Shown here: positions 12,878 to 25,200 of the stretch, one piece after another
How the letters are laid out: every line of letters begins with the position of its first letter
How positions within the stretch are numbered: the stretch's first letter is position 1
NCBI GenBank assembly: GCA_037379345.1
Contig: CM074516.1
Coordinates: 24,800,001 to 24,864,000, forward strand
Reading direction: 5' to 3'
DNA length: 64,000 nucleotides
Origin: Perna viridis
Lineage: Eukaryota
Translations under genes and position numbers: made by a program
Notes under the pieces: generated by a model
What the model saw: the letters and a program-made list of their open reading frames with translations, nothing else
The model's database searches: none
What the model was told of the DNA's origin: nothing

Positions 12878-13930
12878 TCAAGTTTACTGCAAGTGCAAAC
12901 TAATTTTTCTCAATTTTAAAATGATTACGGATATCAATATAGGGACAACAAATCGCTCTTAACAGATGGACGGGTAGCTATAAAGAAATAATAAATACCG
13001 TACGGTATGAATTCCATTAAGTACTTCTCCTTTTACTGATCGGGCATGCAAATCCAGAGTCAATGTCTTTTCCATTTATTTTTTTGTCAGGTTGATGACT
13101 CAGTGGATCAAAGGCCGACCCATAAAGACTGAATTTTACCAAATGTAGAAAATCGATCATTATAACTTCGATTTTTTTTTATTTTAGGAGTGTGGTCGGT
13201 AAAGATTGGTTGCATAAAAAGTGAAATCCAGAGTTTATAGTATGGACAAGAGAAAGGGGTGCAGCAAAGAGAATGGGAACAGAAAAAATACATTGTATAA
13301 AAACCAGAAGCCATGTGCACCGAATGGGTTTGTTTTTAGAATTCGTTGCATAAACTATTTCGGGTAATTTTACTTGGTCTTCAAATGACAACTTGTCGTA
13401 CTGCCTATGACAGCAATCTCCTTGTACATTTTATTTTTGGTGTTAGAGTAGTCTCCTCATTGTGTCTGTTGTAGTCTAGTGCCATAATGATCCTATATCC
13501 AAATATAGACTAGTTGCTTCTTTTTTAAAACATATCTGAACAATACCAATAACCTGCCAGATATTTAACGAGAGTATTCCTCTAACTTGAGGTATATCTG
13601 ATTAACGGATGTTTCAAATCTTATTGATCATTATACCCCTTGAAATTCCGATTAAATAAGTTAAGATGCTTTACAAAAGCCATTTAAATTTGAAATAGGT
13701 TTTGTATTTTACGGTGTGACTTACAAAATGTAAACATTTATGACACTGATTTAAGTGGTTTAAAAGTCTGGTTATGAACCTTTTGTTTTTGGGACTTTAA
13801 TAAGTTATAGGGTTCCATATATGTGTCACCTGGTTGAATTTAGGAGTGTGAACTATGCTACTTTGGCTTGACAGAACTATATATGTAAAAGAAAATGTTC
13901 AATTTACTGTACTAGCAAACGCTTAATCAT

Positions 13931-14085
13931 CTGAGCCAGATTTCATAAAACATCGCAAATTGAGATTTTCCGCTAAAGCCTTCCTCAACTCAAATTTCGA
14001 CCAATCAAATGACTTGAAATTGAAGATTTAAAGAAAAACATAGGACGAAATTCTCAAGTTGAGATTTTTATGAAACCCAGACCAG
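13931..14085. mobile_element. Small degenerate MITE-like inverted-repeat element
   Basis: CTGAGCCAGATTTCATAAAA ... TTTTATGAAACCCAGACCAG form imperfect terminal inverted repeats that extend inward (TTGAGATTTT / AAATTCTCAA). Confidence 0.5.
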
Positions 14086-14315
14086 AAGCTATGACTACCA
14101 TACAGAAGCCGAATTTTGTTGTAGATACTTGGATTTTTCGCCAATAAGACTTTAGGACTGGAGCTAATCCTACAAAAATCTTCCCTTAACGTTCATTTAG
14201 ATATTTTTACTTGTAATAGTATTAAAAAAAAAACAACGTGCGACCAAATATCGGCCCTAACGTTGACATCGCCACAGTTGTCAGTCCTATCATCCACTGT
14301 ACTCTACATCTAATT

Positions 14316-16556
14316 ATGACGTCTGTCGTCGTAGCAACCACTTCAGAAATGGAGCCCGCGCAGGGTAGTCGATCGAAAGACTCTTTGTACGATTTTTTCG
14401 ATGATGACGACACTGTCACCGATAAAAAGCAGAAAGCAGACGAAGTATCAAAAGAGCGAGAATCTCAATTTAATACAGACACGAACTATTCACAAGACAC
14501 TAATACAAACTATGAATTAAAGAAGCAGAACCAAGAATCCATTGAAGGTAAAATGGCTGGTTATAAGGTTGACATGTGCTATCCAAGTCCTGAATTACAA
14601 ACTAACTCAACAGTTGAACTGCAAGTGAATCCAGAAAGCAAAAAATCAAATCTAAAATCGTCTTCAGGGAATACAAGTTTTAGTAATACCCCAAGAGACC
14701 CGATTAACATCCACAATGAAGAATGTCGATTAAGTTCAGCGTCTCCAAGAACTTTAACGCCTGACTTGTTCCAAGCTACCAATATTGAAGAACATCGCAT
14801 TCGCAGTGCAGCTTCTCACAATGATGGAACGTCCGAACAGGGAATAAAAATGACAAACAGCCATGTTTCGGGAAACCTTTCGCCAATTATAAGGACTAGC
14901 CCTAGAAATGCTAAAAGTGTATCACCATCAAGTGATATCGAAAAGCATCGCATTCCGAGTTCAGTTTCTTCCAGATCACAAACACCGAAATTGAATGGAC
15001 AGGAAATGAGTCGCACAGGAATTCGATCACTAACCTCAGACAGTAGTTCTAGAAGCAGCCCCAGAGTACCGACACCACTTGAAAGTAAGAGCCACCACCC
15101 TTTAAGCTCTGCCCAGTCGATCACAAGAGAGATAAGAATAAATGAAAAGAACAGCAATACACATTGCCAGTCGTCCATCGGAAGTGCCAGTTCGGGCAGC
15201 ATCAACAGCGTGTCTACAGGTAGAGCGTATTCCTCGTGCAGCAATTATAGTTTGCCTGATGGACAAGTTTGCAATCTTGATGACCAAAGCTACGAAGACG
15301 TTAAACCAAAAAATGAATTTGGTGAGAGGCTAAGGAACAAAGAAACAGACATTTCGGAAGAAAGATTTGTTGTTGAAGAATGCAGCAAAATCGAAAACTC
15401 AAGTGCCAGTGAAAACCAAGATAGATTGATTTCACCAAATAAATACAATGGCAAAGAATCAGACACAAAGTGTAATGTAAGTAAAGAGTTAATAAAATCA
15501 GACCGTGCAATCAACTCTCCTGAAATGAGAAAAAAAGTGTCTGGTTCTAGTCTAACACCAGAACCAGATAAAGAAGTAAAATTTAAAGGCGAAACGCTGA
15601 AACACTCTCAAGGGGACAAAAAGGGTGCTGTTTCTAACAAAGAACGGAAATGTAAGCACGAAGCTAATTATAAAAGAGACAAATTAAATCTAAAGACGAA
15701 AAACGAAGGAGTGGCAACAGGAGGAAGGAAGGCTGATAAAGCGAATAAAGGTATGGATCACGCATATCCAAAGAAGGTAGCACAAAATAAAACAGTAAGA
15801 AATAGACCGAGTTTGAAGAGAGTAAATATACAGAAAAACAAATATGTTCATGCTGCAAACAACAACTCAAATTATCATAGAAGGAGGAACAAGAGAGACA
15901 AATCTGAAGAGACACCAAGCGTCCAATCTTCGTCAGAAAAAGTGGTTAATGTCTTGAAAATAAACAGTGATTCTTTTTCAAACAGATCTACCAGTTACAC
16001 GGATTCCCTGCTTAAAACAAGTAGTTCAGTTGGGAGCTATACAGCAAGTAGCCTTATGCAGAGTCCCTACGGAAGATATACTCCACAGAGAGCTGGGCGA
16101 ACTTCGTTACCTTACATAGATAAAACTATTCCGGGTCAACTAGTTCGTGGAGGCAGAGAGGAAAAGCAACCGAATAGGACAAAGGTCAGGAATACAGTCA
16201 AGGTCAACAGACGTGAGGACAAGGAGGTGGCGACTGGTAACCAGGGATATTTCAAGAATCCATCGGTCCCATGTCAGCTTAAAGCTGATGCTATGATGAG
16301 AAATGGACAATTAGAAGTATCAATTACAGACTCTGATAACTGTAAAATTGACCAGAACAATTTAAACGTTAAGATAACTGTAGTTCATAGGGTCCCAAAG
16401 AAAAACGCTGTCCAAAAGCGATGCCCAGATATTAAACTTAAAAAAATCAACTGTGCTCCAAACAGAGATGTCGTACACCAGCGAGCACAATTTCCAGCAT
16501 TCAACACTCATACCAATCAAGAAGCCAGTGACAGATATTACAAATATTTCAGATAA
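14316..16556 (+). CDS. Uncharacterised intronless Ser/Lys/Asn-rich, probably disordered protein (~746 aa from first ATG)
   Basis: 2.3-kb stop-free frame (14238-16556) in AT-rich DNA; first ATG at 14316, alternative at 14349; AATAAA directly after the stop. No domain recognised; an upstream exon cannot be excluded. Confidence 0.75.
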   Translation: MTSVVVATTSEMEPAQGSRSKDSLYDFFDDDDTVTDKKQKADEVSKERESQFNTDTNYSQDTNTNYELKKQNQESIEGKMAGYKVDMCYPSPELQTNSTVELQVNPESKKSNLKSSSGNTSFSNTPRDPINIHNEECRLSSASPRTLTPDLFQATNIEEHRIRSAASHNDGTSEQGIKMTNSHVSGNLSPIIRTSPRNAKSVSPSSDIEKHRIPSSVSSRSQTPKLNGQEMSRTGIRSLTSDSSSRSSPRVPTPLESKSHHPLSSAQSITREIRINEKNSNTHCQSSIGSASSGSINSVSTGRAYSSCSNYSLPDGQVCNLDDQSYEDVKPKNEFGERLRNKETDISEERFVVEECSKIENSSASENQDRLISPNKYNGKESDTKCNVSKELIKSDRAINSPEMRKKVSGSSLTPEPDKEVKFKGETLKHSQGDKKGAVSNKERKCKHEANYKRDKLNLKTKNEGVATGGRKADKANKGMDHAYPKKVAQNKTVRNRPSLKRVNIQKNKYVHAANNNSNYHRRRNKRDKSEETPSVQSSSEKVVNVLKINSDSFSNRSTSYTDSLLKTSSSVGSYTASSLMQSPYGRYTPQRAGRTSLPYIDKTIPGQLVRGGREEKQPNRTKVRNTVKVNRREDKEVATGNQGYFKNPSVPCQLKADAMMRNGQLEVSITDSDNCKIDQNNLNVKITVVHRVPKKNAVQKRCPDIKLKKINCAPNRDVVHQRAQFPAFNTHTNQEASDRYYKYFR

Positions 16557-19001
16557 AAAATAAAAATATTAAAAATATGTTTTCTCTTTTTTTCCAAAGG
16601 TGTGATAGGTTGCAAGGAAACTTTGTTTCAGTTTATTTTTTGTAGAATCTGAAAAATATCTTTCCGAAAAATGTATCGAAGGCAATTACATAGTGTTCTA
16701 GTGTTCATGCAACAGAAACATTTACTAGGCGAAATAAAGGGAGCTGTTTCTGACAAAGAACGGAAATGTAAGCGAAATGTAAATGTTCCATCAATTTTTG
16801 ATGGAAACAATTACTACAAGAACTACTAGTGTCAAAATCCCTTGTGTGAAATTACAAATAAACAGCTACGTTAAAGAACATCAATTCACGGTTCGTACAC
16901 CTTTTTCCAACCTCCTTTTTATGCAAAGTAATCAGGAAACAATGGAAATCTAAAACCAAGGGAGCTTCTGTTCATAAAGACAAATATTCTACCAAAACCC
17001 TTGACCTATCCATCACATTTTTAAAAATCGTACGACGAATGCATGTATGAAAAATTTATAGACCTGTAATCTAATTACAGGTCAATGGTAACATTCACTT
17101 TATAATCTTTATTGTCATAAACTCTTACCAAAATGAGTCTCAACTATTTCAAAATCAAGTTTAAAGACTCAGTCTGTTTTTTTTTCAATCAGAATATTTA
17201 AATTACATGTCAGTTTATCAAATTTTAGGAAAATATATAGACGAAAAATATCAGGTATGAGCTGCATGTACCATAGATCAATGTCAAAAACTTGTAAAAG
17301 AAGACACAGATATGAGTCATTCTCAAAATAGGTCCCTTTTTATGTCTTTCAGGTTTTTTCTATAAGAAAACCCATAATACCCTGAAGTACCTTGTGATCC
17401 AGTTTCAGAGATCCAATAATTTTAACACAAGTCATTATTGTGACATAAGAAAACAATGACTGTTTCTGGTCCCTTCTGTATGGAATACATGATAAGTTGA
17501 AAACTTAGATATAATAAAATAATATCATTTATTTCTTAAATAGCAAAATGACATTAACCTGCAATAATAATTATCAACAATACCATAATAATTCAATAAC
17601 AAATCCTATTTGTATATATTGAATTAGATTCAAATGTATGCCCCAAGGAAAGACTTTAAAAACATTTAATAGCAATCCATCTAAGAATCATGCAAAATGT
17701 AATTCATAAGTAAAAAGCCTACATGTTTTTATTTTTGATATTTTGTTTGAATTGGCATAGTAAACAGAAATTAATAGTAAGTTTTTCATATAACCTGTGT
17801 TCTTGGGGGACAAAAATTATATAGAATGTACTGTAGATTTCAAAATTAAGGTAGATAACTCTGTAGATGACACTCAAATACAACAGAATCTATTGGATTT
17901 TCAATGTTGTATCTCCTATGAGCAGGCACATTTGAATGAATAATTATACATTTCATAATATAGACCCATAAAACAACTTAATTACAAAAATAAAAATATG
18001 TAGCCTTTTTTGGTGTGTATCACATTTTTCAGATTTTGCATGATTCTTACAAAGACAGCTACTTAAGTCATAAAGTACAGTACAAAACCCAACTATATGC
18101 ATTAGAGAACTAACTACACAGCTAATTACAGTAGCTGAATGCAATGCAATGTATCCATATATAAATTCAGGAGAAGTGTTTGATAAGCATTTGATAAATA
18201 AGTTTTATAGAAACAATAAAAAAATGATACAAAACATTATACATGTATAAAAATTAAGGGAATCCAGTGCCTACATATTTTTGTTCATGTAAAGAGTTTT
18301 GATAAACAAAATAAGCAGTAAATAATCTATCCATCCCAAGGTTCATATAAACCTACAATTTTTCTGGGTTTTCATGTAGATATAATAACTGCAAATAATC
18401 ATTTTTTTAATAATTATTTTTATAAATTTCTTATTTATAAGATCAATATCTTGTTAGCAAAAAGGTATAAAGAGCTTATGTTTGTAAGGTGATATTAAGT
18501 GTTGTATATACAATTAAAGTACATGCTGGTAAAGGCAGTAAGTAACTAATACAATATACCAATTACATTCTTTAATAATAGAAAAAATGTTATTTTCATT
18601 GGCTCATACAGAAATAAAAATGGCCAACCAAAGTTTATTTCTTGATTCTCAGGCCTTCCATCATCTCTTACAAATTTCATTGTAATTCTAATTAAAAAAA
18701 AACAAAAACAGCACCTTATCCTTTAATCTGGCTATGTACAATGTATGAACAGAAATTATTTTATGAAACCAACAAAGAAGCAGAAATTGCAGAATTCAGA
18801 AGTAAATAAACATGTATGGTAAAAGGAGAAACACAATGATAAAATCTGGATTTGAAAAAGCAGATTTCTGTTTTATAGCCTAAGAAATTATGTCTGTATA
18901 AAGTATCCTGATCAGCTATTTTGTGGGGCATTAAAAAGTAAATAGAAATGCCTCATTGGTGTTCATTAAAAATGACCAGAGAACCAACTATTTAAGTATT
19001 A

Positions 19002-19144
19002 GTCTTTATAAAAATCAGACAGGAGGTGATTCATGCATGTCAAAAACCCACCAAATTCAGTTTTATTTCTTGTTCAGAAACAGCTATAGACCACATAACC
19101 TGTCTTAGTTTTTTATTTGGGTGTTGCGCTTTTGAGATAAAATT
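19002..19144 (+). repeat. Dispersed repeat, inverted copy at ~51583-51727
   Basis: GTCTTTATAAAAATCAGACAG...GCGCTTTTGAGATAAAA aligns with the reverse complement of 51583-51727. Confidence 0.65.
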
Positions 19145-21183
19145 CATATAGATTGTACATTAAATTAGGTCTCACTAACCACTTCTAACATTTCCATTAC
19201 TTTACATGTTAAACAAGTAATTTTCAAAGTTTCACTGTGAATTCCCAGGACAAATAACACCTTAAAGTTGCATACCATTGCAAAGCTCGGAAAATCATTA
19301 AGCTAATGGTACAATGATTGCAGAGATTCTTCACAAAATTTACTTGAATAAATAATACTGAAAATTCATATTTTTACCTCTTCTGCTAACTGACAGCATA
19401 GAGGCAAATTACTCACACATGTTAACAATATTTATACACTATTGTAGTAAATTACAAATATGATTTTTAAATACACATTCTCAGCTTTATTTTGACTTCT
19501 TTTGATCAGAATACACACAAATTATGCACTTAAAATGCATATTTCTAGGTTCAGTGTGTTTTTGGTACTACATAGGGGGAGTGGCCATTTGACCTGGAAG
19601 TAGTTAGTGAGACCTTAGCACTTTGCAAGAGTTACCGTTCTTGATTTGGTTGATTTTAGTGGGAGATTGAAGTGCAGTTTTCTCAAAAGTACAGATCTAA
19701 CTACAGAAAGGATTATTGTCACATAAAAATATAGCATACCCAGACTGAAAAAGCACCTTTTGTTCCATGGGTTTTTCTACAGCATGAATCACTTTACCAC
19801 AAGCAATGTCTGAATTGTATATGGACTGGTACTTAAGAATTTACAGTACTATTTTCCAGGTAATTTGCTTTAGCTATAAACATTCCTGAACTAAACACAT
19901 TTATAAAGAACTGGATAAAGGATATCTGATGATCAAACTTGATCTGTAAAATTAACATGGAGATACCTGAATATAATATACTACTATACATCCACTGCAT
20001 CATATATAATAGTGACAGTCCAGTATTTTTGAAAGAAGTATCACAAGATAAACAAACACACACACTATGAACTAACAATTGTCATTTTCACATCTTTAAA
20101 CACAATTTTGTGGAGAACACATTAACAGCTAAAATTTAAGGCATATCTTGTTAAAATATATACAAAAATTCCAGACAAATAAATTTTGATTTTTCTTATT
20201 AAATTCTCAGTTTCATTTTATTGGTAAACTGTATTGAATATATGTTATTTAAGATGGTAAAGAAAAGGAGGTTTTTTTTATTAGTTAATGATAATGATGA
20301 AAAGAGGTAGATGTATATTCTATAATCAACATTATATCATATATTAAACCTCCTTATACCCTATATATAATGAACTCATGATTGAAATTATTTTTTCCTG
20401 TGACTTTTGACCTGAAAAAAATTAATAAGGCAACATATTTGCCCAAGGAATGTACCAAACTTTGTCCAAATCCAGTAAAAGATGTTGATTCTGATATTAA
20501 ATTAAAATGATGTACAGACAATAGGTTTACTAAATAAATACATTGTATATTAATTATTGATTAATCAAACAGGTTTATGCCTCATATAATATACAAAGCT
20601 CCATGCAGCAGCAGATGTTCATTTCCTTTCTTACTAAACGCTACAGAAAAGCCTTTCAAAATTCTCTGATATTATTCAAATCAAATGTGGTTTGACAATT
20701 GAATAACGTCACATAAAATAATTCTCATTTCCCAACTTGCATCTTCTTGCATTTTCTGAGAGAGCTGGCTGCAGAGTCTAGAGTGAATTTTGAACGCTGT
20801 TTGGAGCTTGGTAATACACATTACATTACACTCCCAACTTTTTATATTCAACTTTAAAGAATACTTTACGATTCTCCATACACCACTTAATGCAGTAATT
20901 ATGCTTTCACATTAAAAAGTAGCAATACATATATAAAAGCTCTATAAATTGAAAAAGCACCTCATAAAATATACATTTTTTATAATGTAAAAGGAAGTAC
21001 TTTTAATTACCATGTATATAAATATCAATTTATAAGAAAAAATGTATCTACATTATTTTCACTGTTGTAACTAGGAGAAAAAAATTTTTGAAATGTGCTA
21101 AAAATATTATGTTCATTCTGTAGATTTTCAATCTACCAAAGAACTTTTTAATATCTCCTAAAACAGTAGTAGTGTAGATCTAT

Positions 21184-21808
21184 TGTCTGATTGACATAAG
21201 GTCTACAAGGGGGTTTAGGTCTATTATCCTTGTGTCTGATTGACATAGGGTCTACAAGGGGGTTTAGGTCTATTATCCTTGTGTCTGATTGACATAAGGT
21301 CTACAAGGGGGTTTAGGTCTATTATCCTTGTGTCTGATTGACATGGGGTCTACAAGGGGGTTTAGGTCTATTATCCTTGTGTCTGATTGACATGGGGTCT
21401 ACAAGGGGGTTTAGGTCTATTATCCTTGTGTCTGATTGACATGGGGTCTACAATGGGGTTTAGGTCTATTATCCTTGTGTCTGATTGACATGGGGTCTAC
21501 AATGGGGTTTAGGTCTATTATCCTTGTGTCTGATTGACATGGGGTCTACAAGGGGGTTTAGGTCTATTATCCTTGTGTCTGATTGACATGGGGTCTACAA
21601 GGGGGTTTAGGTCTATTATCCTTGTGTCTGATTGACATGGGGTCTACAAGGGGGTTTAGGTCTATTATCCTTGTGTCTGATTGACATAGGGTCTACAAGG
21701 GGGTTTAGGTCTATTATCCTTGTGTCTGATTGACATAGGGTCTACAAGGGGGTTTAGGTCTATTATCCTTGTGTCTGATTGACATAGGGTCTACAATGGG
21801 GTTTAGGT
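21184..21808. repeat. Minisatellite, 49-bp unit, ~12.8 copies
   Basis: Unit TGTCTGATTGACAT(A/G)(A/G)GGTCTACAA(G/T)GGGGTTTAGGTCTATTATCCTTG starts at 21184, 21233 ... 21772; three variable positions, no spacers. Confidence 0.97.
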
Positions 21809-22272
21809 TTCAGAAATTAACATTTTATACCCAAACAAGTTTTATGAAAAGTAACCAGTTATTTTTGGGAGCAAACTTACATAAAAGTATCAACACATAT
21901 TATGACTAATGTGAATGTCATCCAAGAATGGTATCACCAGGCAAATAAGGCAACCAATATTTTAACAATCAAAAGACCCAATCAATTTTAAGAATTTCCT
22001 TCCTACAAATAAACCATTTTCCAACAGCAGAAAGGTCTTGAATCTGATTGTATCATGTTTTCAACTAAGACAGATAAATGTCATAATCATAAAAAGTCAG
22101 TATTAAATCAGTGTTACGCAATCATATCATGAAGGGAAGATTTTTGACATAAAAATGACCAATTACTTTACAATTATGAACATTGTAAATATGTCTTTGA
22201 ATATTTAGAAAAAAAACTTAAATAACAATATTGAATGAGATCTTATAGATTAACAAACTATATAAAACTTGA

Positions 22273-25200
22273 TTAATGAATATCAGCTTTGACTGTATTA
22301 GGCAGTTTGATTGAGGAGAGTCCACCGAACACTAGAAGTCCTGCCACTATAATCATAGGTATAGCACAATGTACATCTACTAATTCACCAAATGTCAAAT
22401 TACCTAAAATAGCTGCTATTCTGCCAACACCTGACATTATTCCAAATGCTGTGGACCTGGAAAACATATTTATATAACATGATTATTTACCTATAGATTC
22501 CATAACGTTGAATATTGCAAAACTGTTACACACTTGATTTAATTTCTCAACATTATAACAAGTGAGCAAAGTTTGAGCAGAAACATGTATGTTATGATGT
22601 TTAAATTAAATAACTTGAGTTGATATTTTGTTAATTCAAATTTCAGAATTAAAAATGCTTTTTCTCTATAATTCCTTTGGAATATTTGGCTGCTTGACAT
22701 TCAATATCTGCCAAGTAGAAATTCTGGTGATAGTTTGTCTATAAAATTACCAATTACTTCAGAAGAACATGAGAAATCACACAAAGTTACTTTTAACCAA
22801 TCAGATTTTTTTTTAGAAAATGTGTCACAATCACACAACCAATTTCAATGGAAAATTTCTGATATCACTTGTTTGCATCACATTCTCTATGGCATGATAT
22901 CTCAAATATCTACCCCTCCAAGAAGAAAATAAAACGACTATTTCAAAGAGAATATAATTTACAATATATATTAATTTACATGACTGTAAGTACATGTATG
23001 TGATGGATACCATCAATGAAATCCAATGCTAATTTACCCTGTAAACTAAAATCATAAAATAGTGTATTATGGTGATGCTCAAAATCAAAAGTTTCTTATA
23101 CATTTTCAAGTAACATTAAAAAGTAATGACCTATCATAGAAATTCTAAACATCCTTTTTGTAAAAAATATTCAAAAACTAAAGCTTCCAATTCAGGAAGA
23201 TTGATTTTTTTCTGTCAGTCCAAATTATGTGTAATGCTTTTCATTAAGTGTTTTTTTAAGTGTATATTCAACGTAAATTAAACAGGCAGTTTCATCTTGC
23301 TACTTTTACAGTGGGAAGTAAAATGTGAAAATATTTATATCAAAAACACTTATAATGCCATTTGACAAATGATCATGAATTAAAAGCTGCATAAATAAAT
23401 TAACACAAAATGCAAAAAAATCAATATCTGTTTTAACAGTACATGTATATTGGATGGTTCAATAGAATTCTTCTTTTAATTATTTCAACAATTTATATAA
23501 TCCTACCATACATACCTCAGTGGAGTTGGAAATAGTTCTGCAGAGAGAACATCTAAAGAATTCCATCCTATCGTAGATACTGCACCAAATACACAGGAGA
23601 TTCCTAAATTCTCATATTTATTGTGGATAAGAGGAATAAAGAATACACTAACTCCTGATAACACCATACTTAAAGCTACAAAGGAAATGGAAAATAAACT
23701 AACTGAAAGAAAACTCTTACATCTTAAGCATGATTTGCTCAAGATGTCATCGTTTTCTTTTCCTCTTTTGTTAACCCCTGACTTGACATTTTATGAGCAA
23801 CTCTGTGGGTGTTTCTAGAAAAGCAGAGGACACTTACCCTACTGGTGCACCTGTTCCCAGTTTTTACTGGAGTCTGAGTTGCTCATTTGCTTTTGTTACT
23901 TTGTATGTATTATTTTTAGTTACATAATGTTCTTTGTTGTGTTTATCTATTTTCCATGTCTGGCTTTAGTCCCTGGATTACATTCTTTTGATTTCCGCTA
24001 GAATCTTAGTTCCATGATTACTCTTTAAATATTGCTAAAGTAATGAGTGCATTTCTGATATTAGAATATAGCCCATTCAGGTTAAAAAATTTCTAATAAG
24101 TATTCAGATTTTTGTAATGAAAAAATATTTTTAGAAATCACTAGAGGTAAAACATTAAATGGCCTTATAGCAAAATAAAGCAATTATTTACAATTATTTA
24201 GTAATTACATTGTGGCCATAAAAACTGAAAAATCTTCCATAATGCAAAGTCCTTGACTAAGTATTCTCCCTCTTACCTAATAACTGTCTCCTTCCTATTC
24301 TATCCATTAGAAATATTGTTAACAGATTTCCTGGGAGATTAGACAGTGCTGTTAAGAACCCTGAGAAGTATACCCAAGTATCTGTGGTTTCACATAATGT
24401 ACTATTAGTACTTGTTTGATTTACAATGGAGGAATGATCACACGGGGAACCTCCATCCTTCATTCTACTAAATAGTTCTGGAAACCACATCCACAAACCA
24501 TAGTATCTAGATGGATAAACATATATAAGTATGTGAGAATGTGACTCCTGTCTTGGGGAACATTTCATTTTTAAATAGGCTTGGATAATTTTTAATGGTT
24601 TGGTATTTTCTTGTACTTTCTCAACTTACCTTGTGCTGGTTTAATAAAAATTATCAATTTGAGGATGTATTTTTCAATTGATCCTACAACTCAAATTTTA
24701 ACCAAACAAATTTGAAATTTGAGGAGAAAATCTATAGTTTGAGGCATATCTAAATTTTGCTAAAAGTTCATGCTAAAAATTCAATGCCTCACATTATAAA
24801 CAAGGGTTCTGTACTCTTTTAAAAAAGTTATTGGGGCTGGATCATAAATAAATAAAAATTATAGACCTGTAAAAAAATGTATTAAAAAGTTCATTGAACT
24901 TCTCACTTCATATTTCATTTAATGTTTCAATGCTCCATGTGCATTTAACTTTAGACTACAATGTATATCATTCATTTATATACCAGGAATTTACATGTAA
25001 CTGGTAAAAGAAAGAAAACATTTTGGTTTCATACCCAATTATCACAAATACAGTATACACAAAAATCAACTTACCCAAAACTTAAAACAAAGTTAACAAT
25101 TATCATTAGAATGGTATTCTTCAGTAGTGGAGGGTGGAATAACTGCAATGTAGATTCTTTTAACTGAAAATTAAAGTTATCAACATAAAAGTCGATGGAG

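Noticed and set aside
10186-15918. Multiple antisense ORFs over the Dlish-like gene and the orphan ORF
   Set aside because: Shadow frames expected opposite long Ser-rich coding sequence.
21184-21808. CRISPR-like regular array
   Set aside because: Units are contiguous with no unique spacers, there are no cas genes, and the context is eukaryotic.
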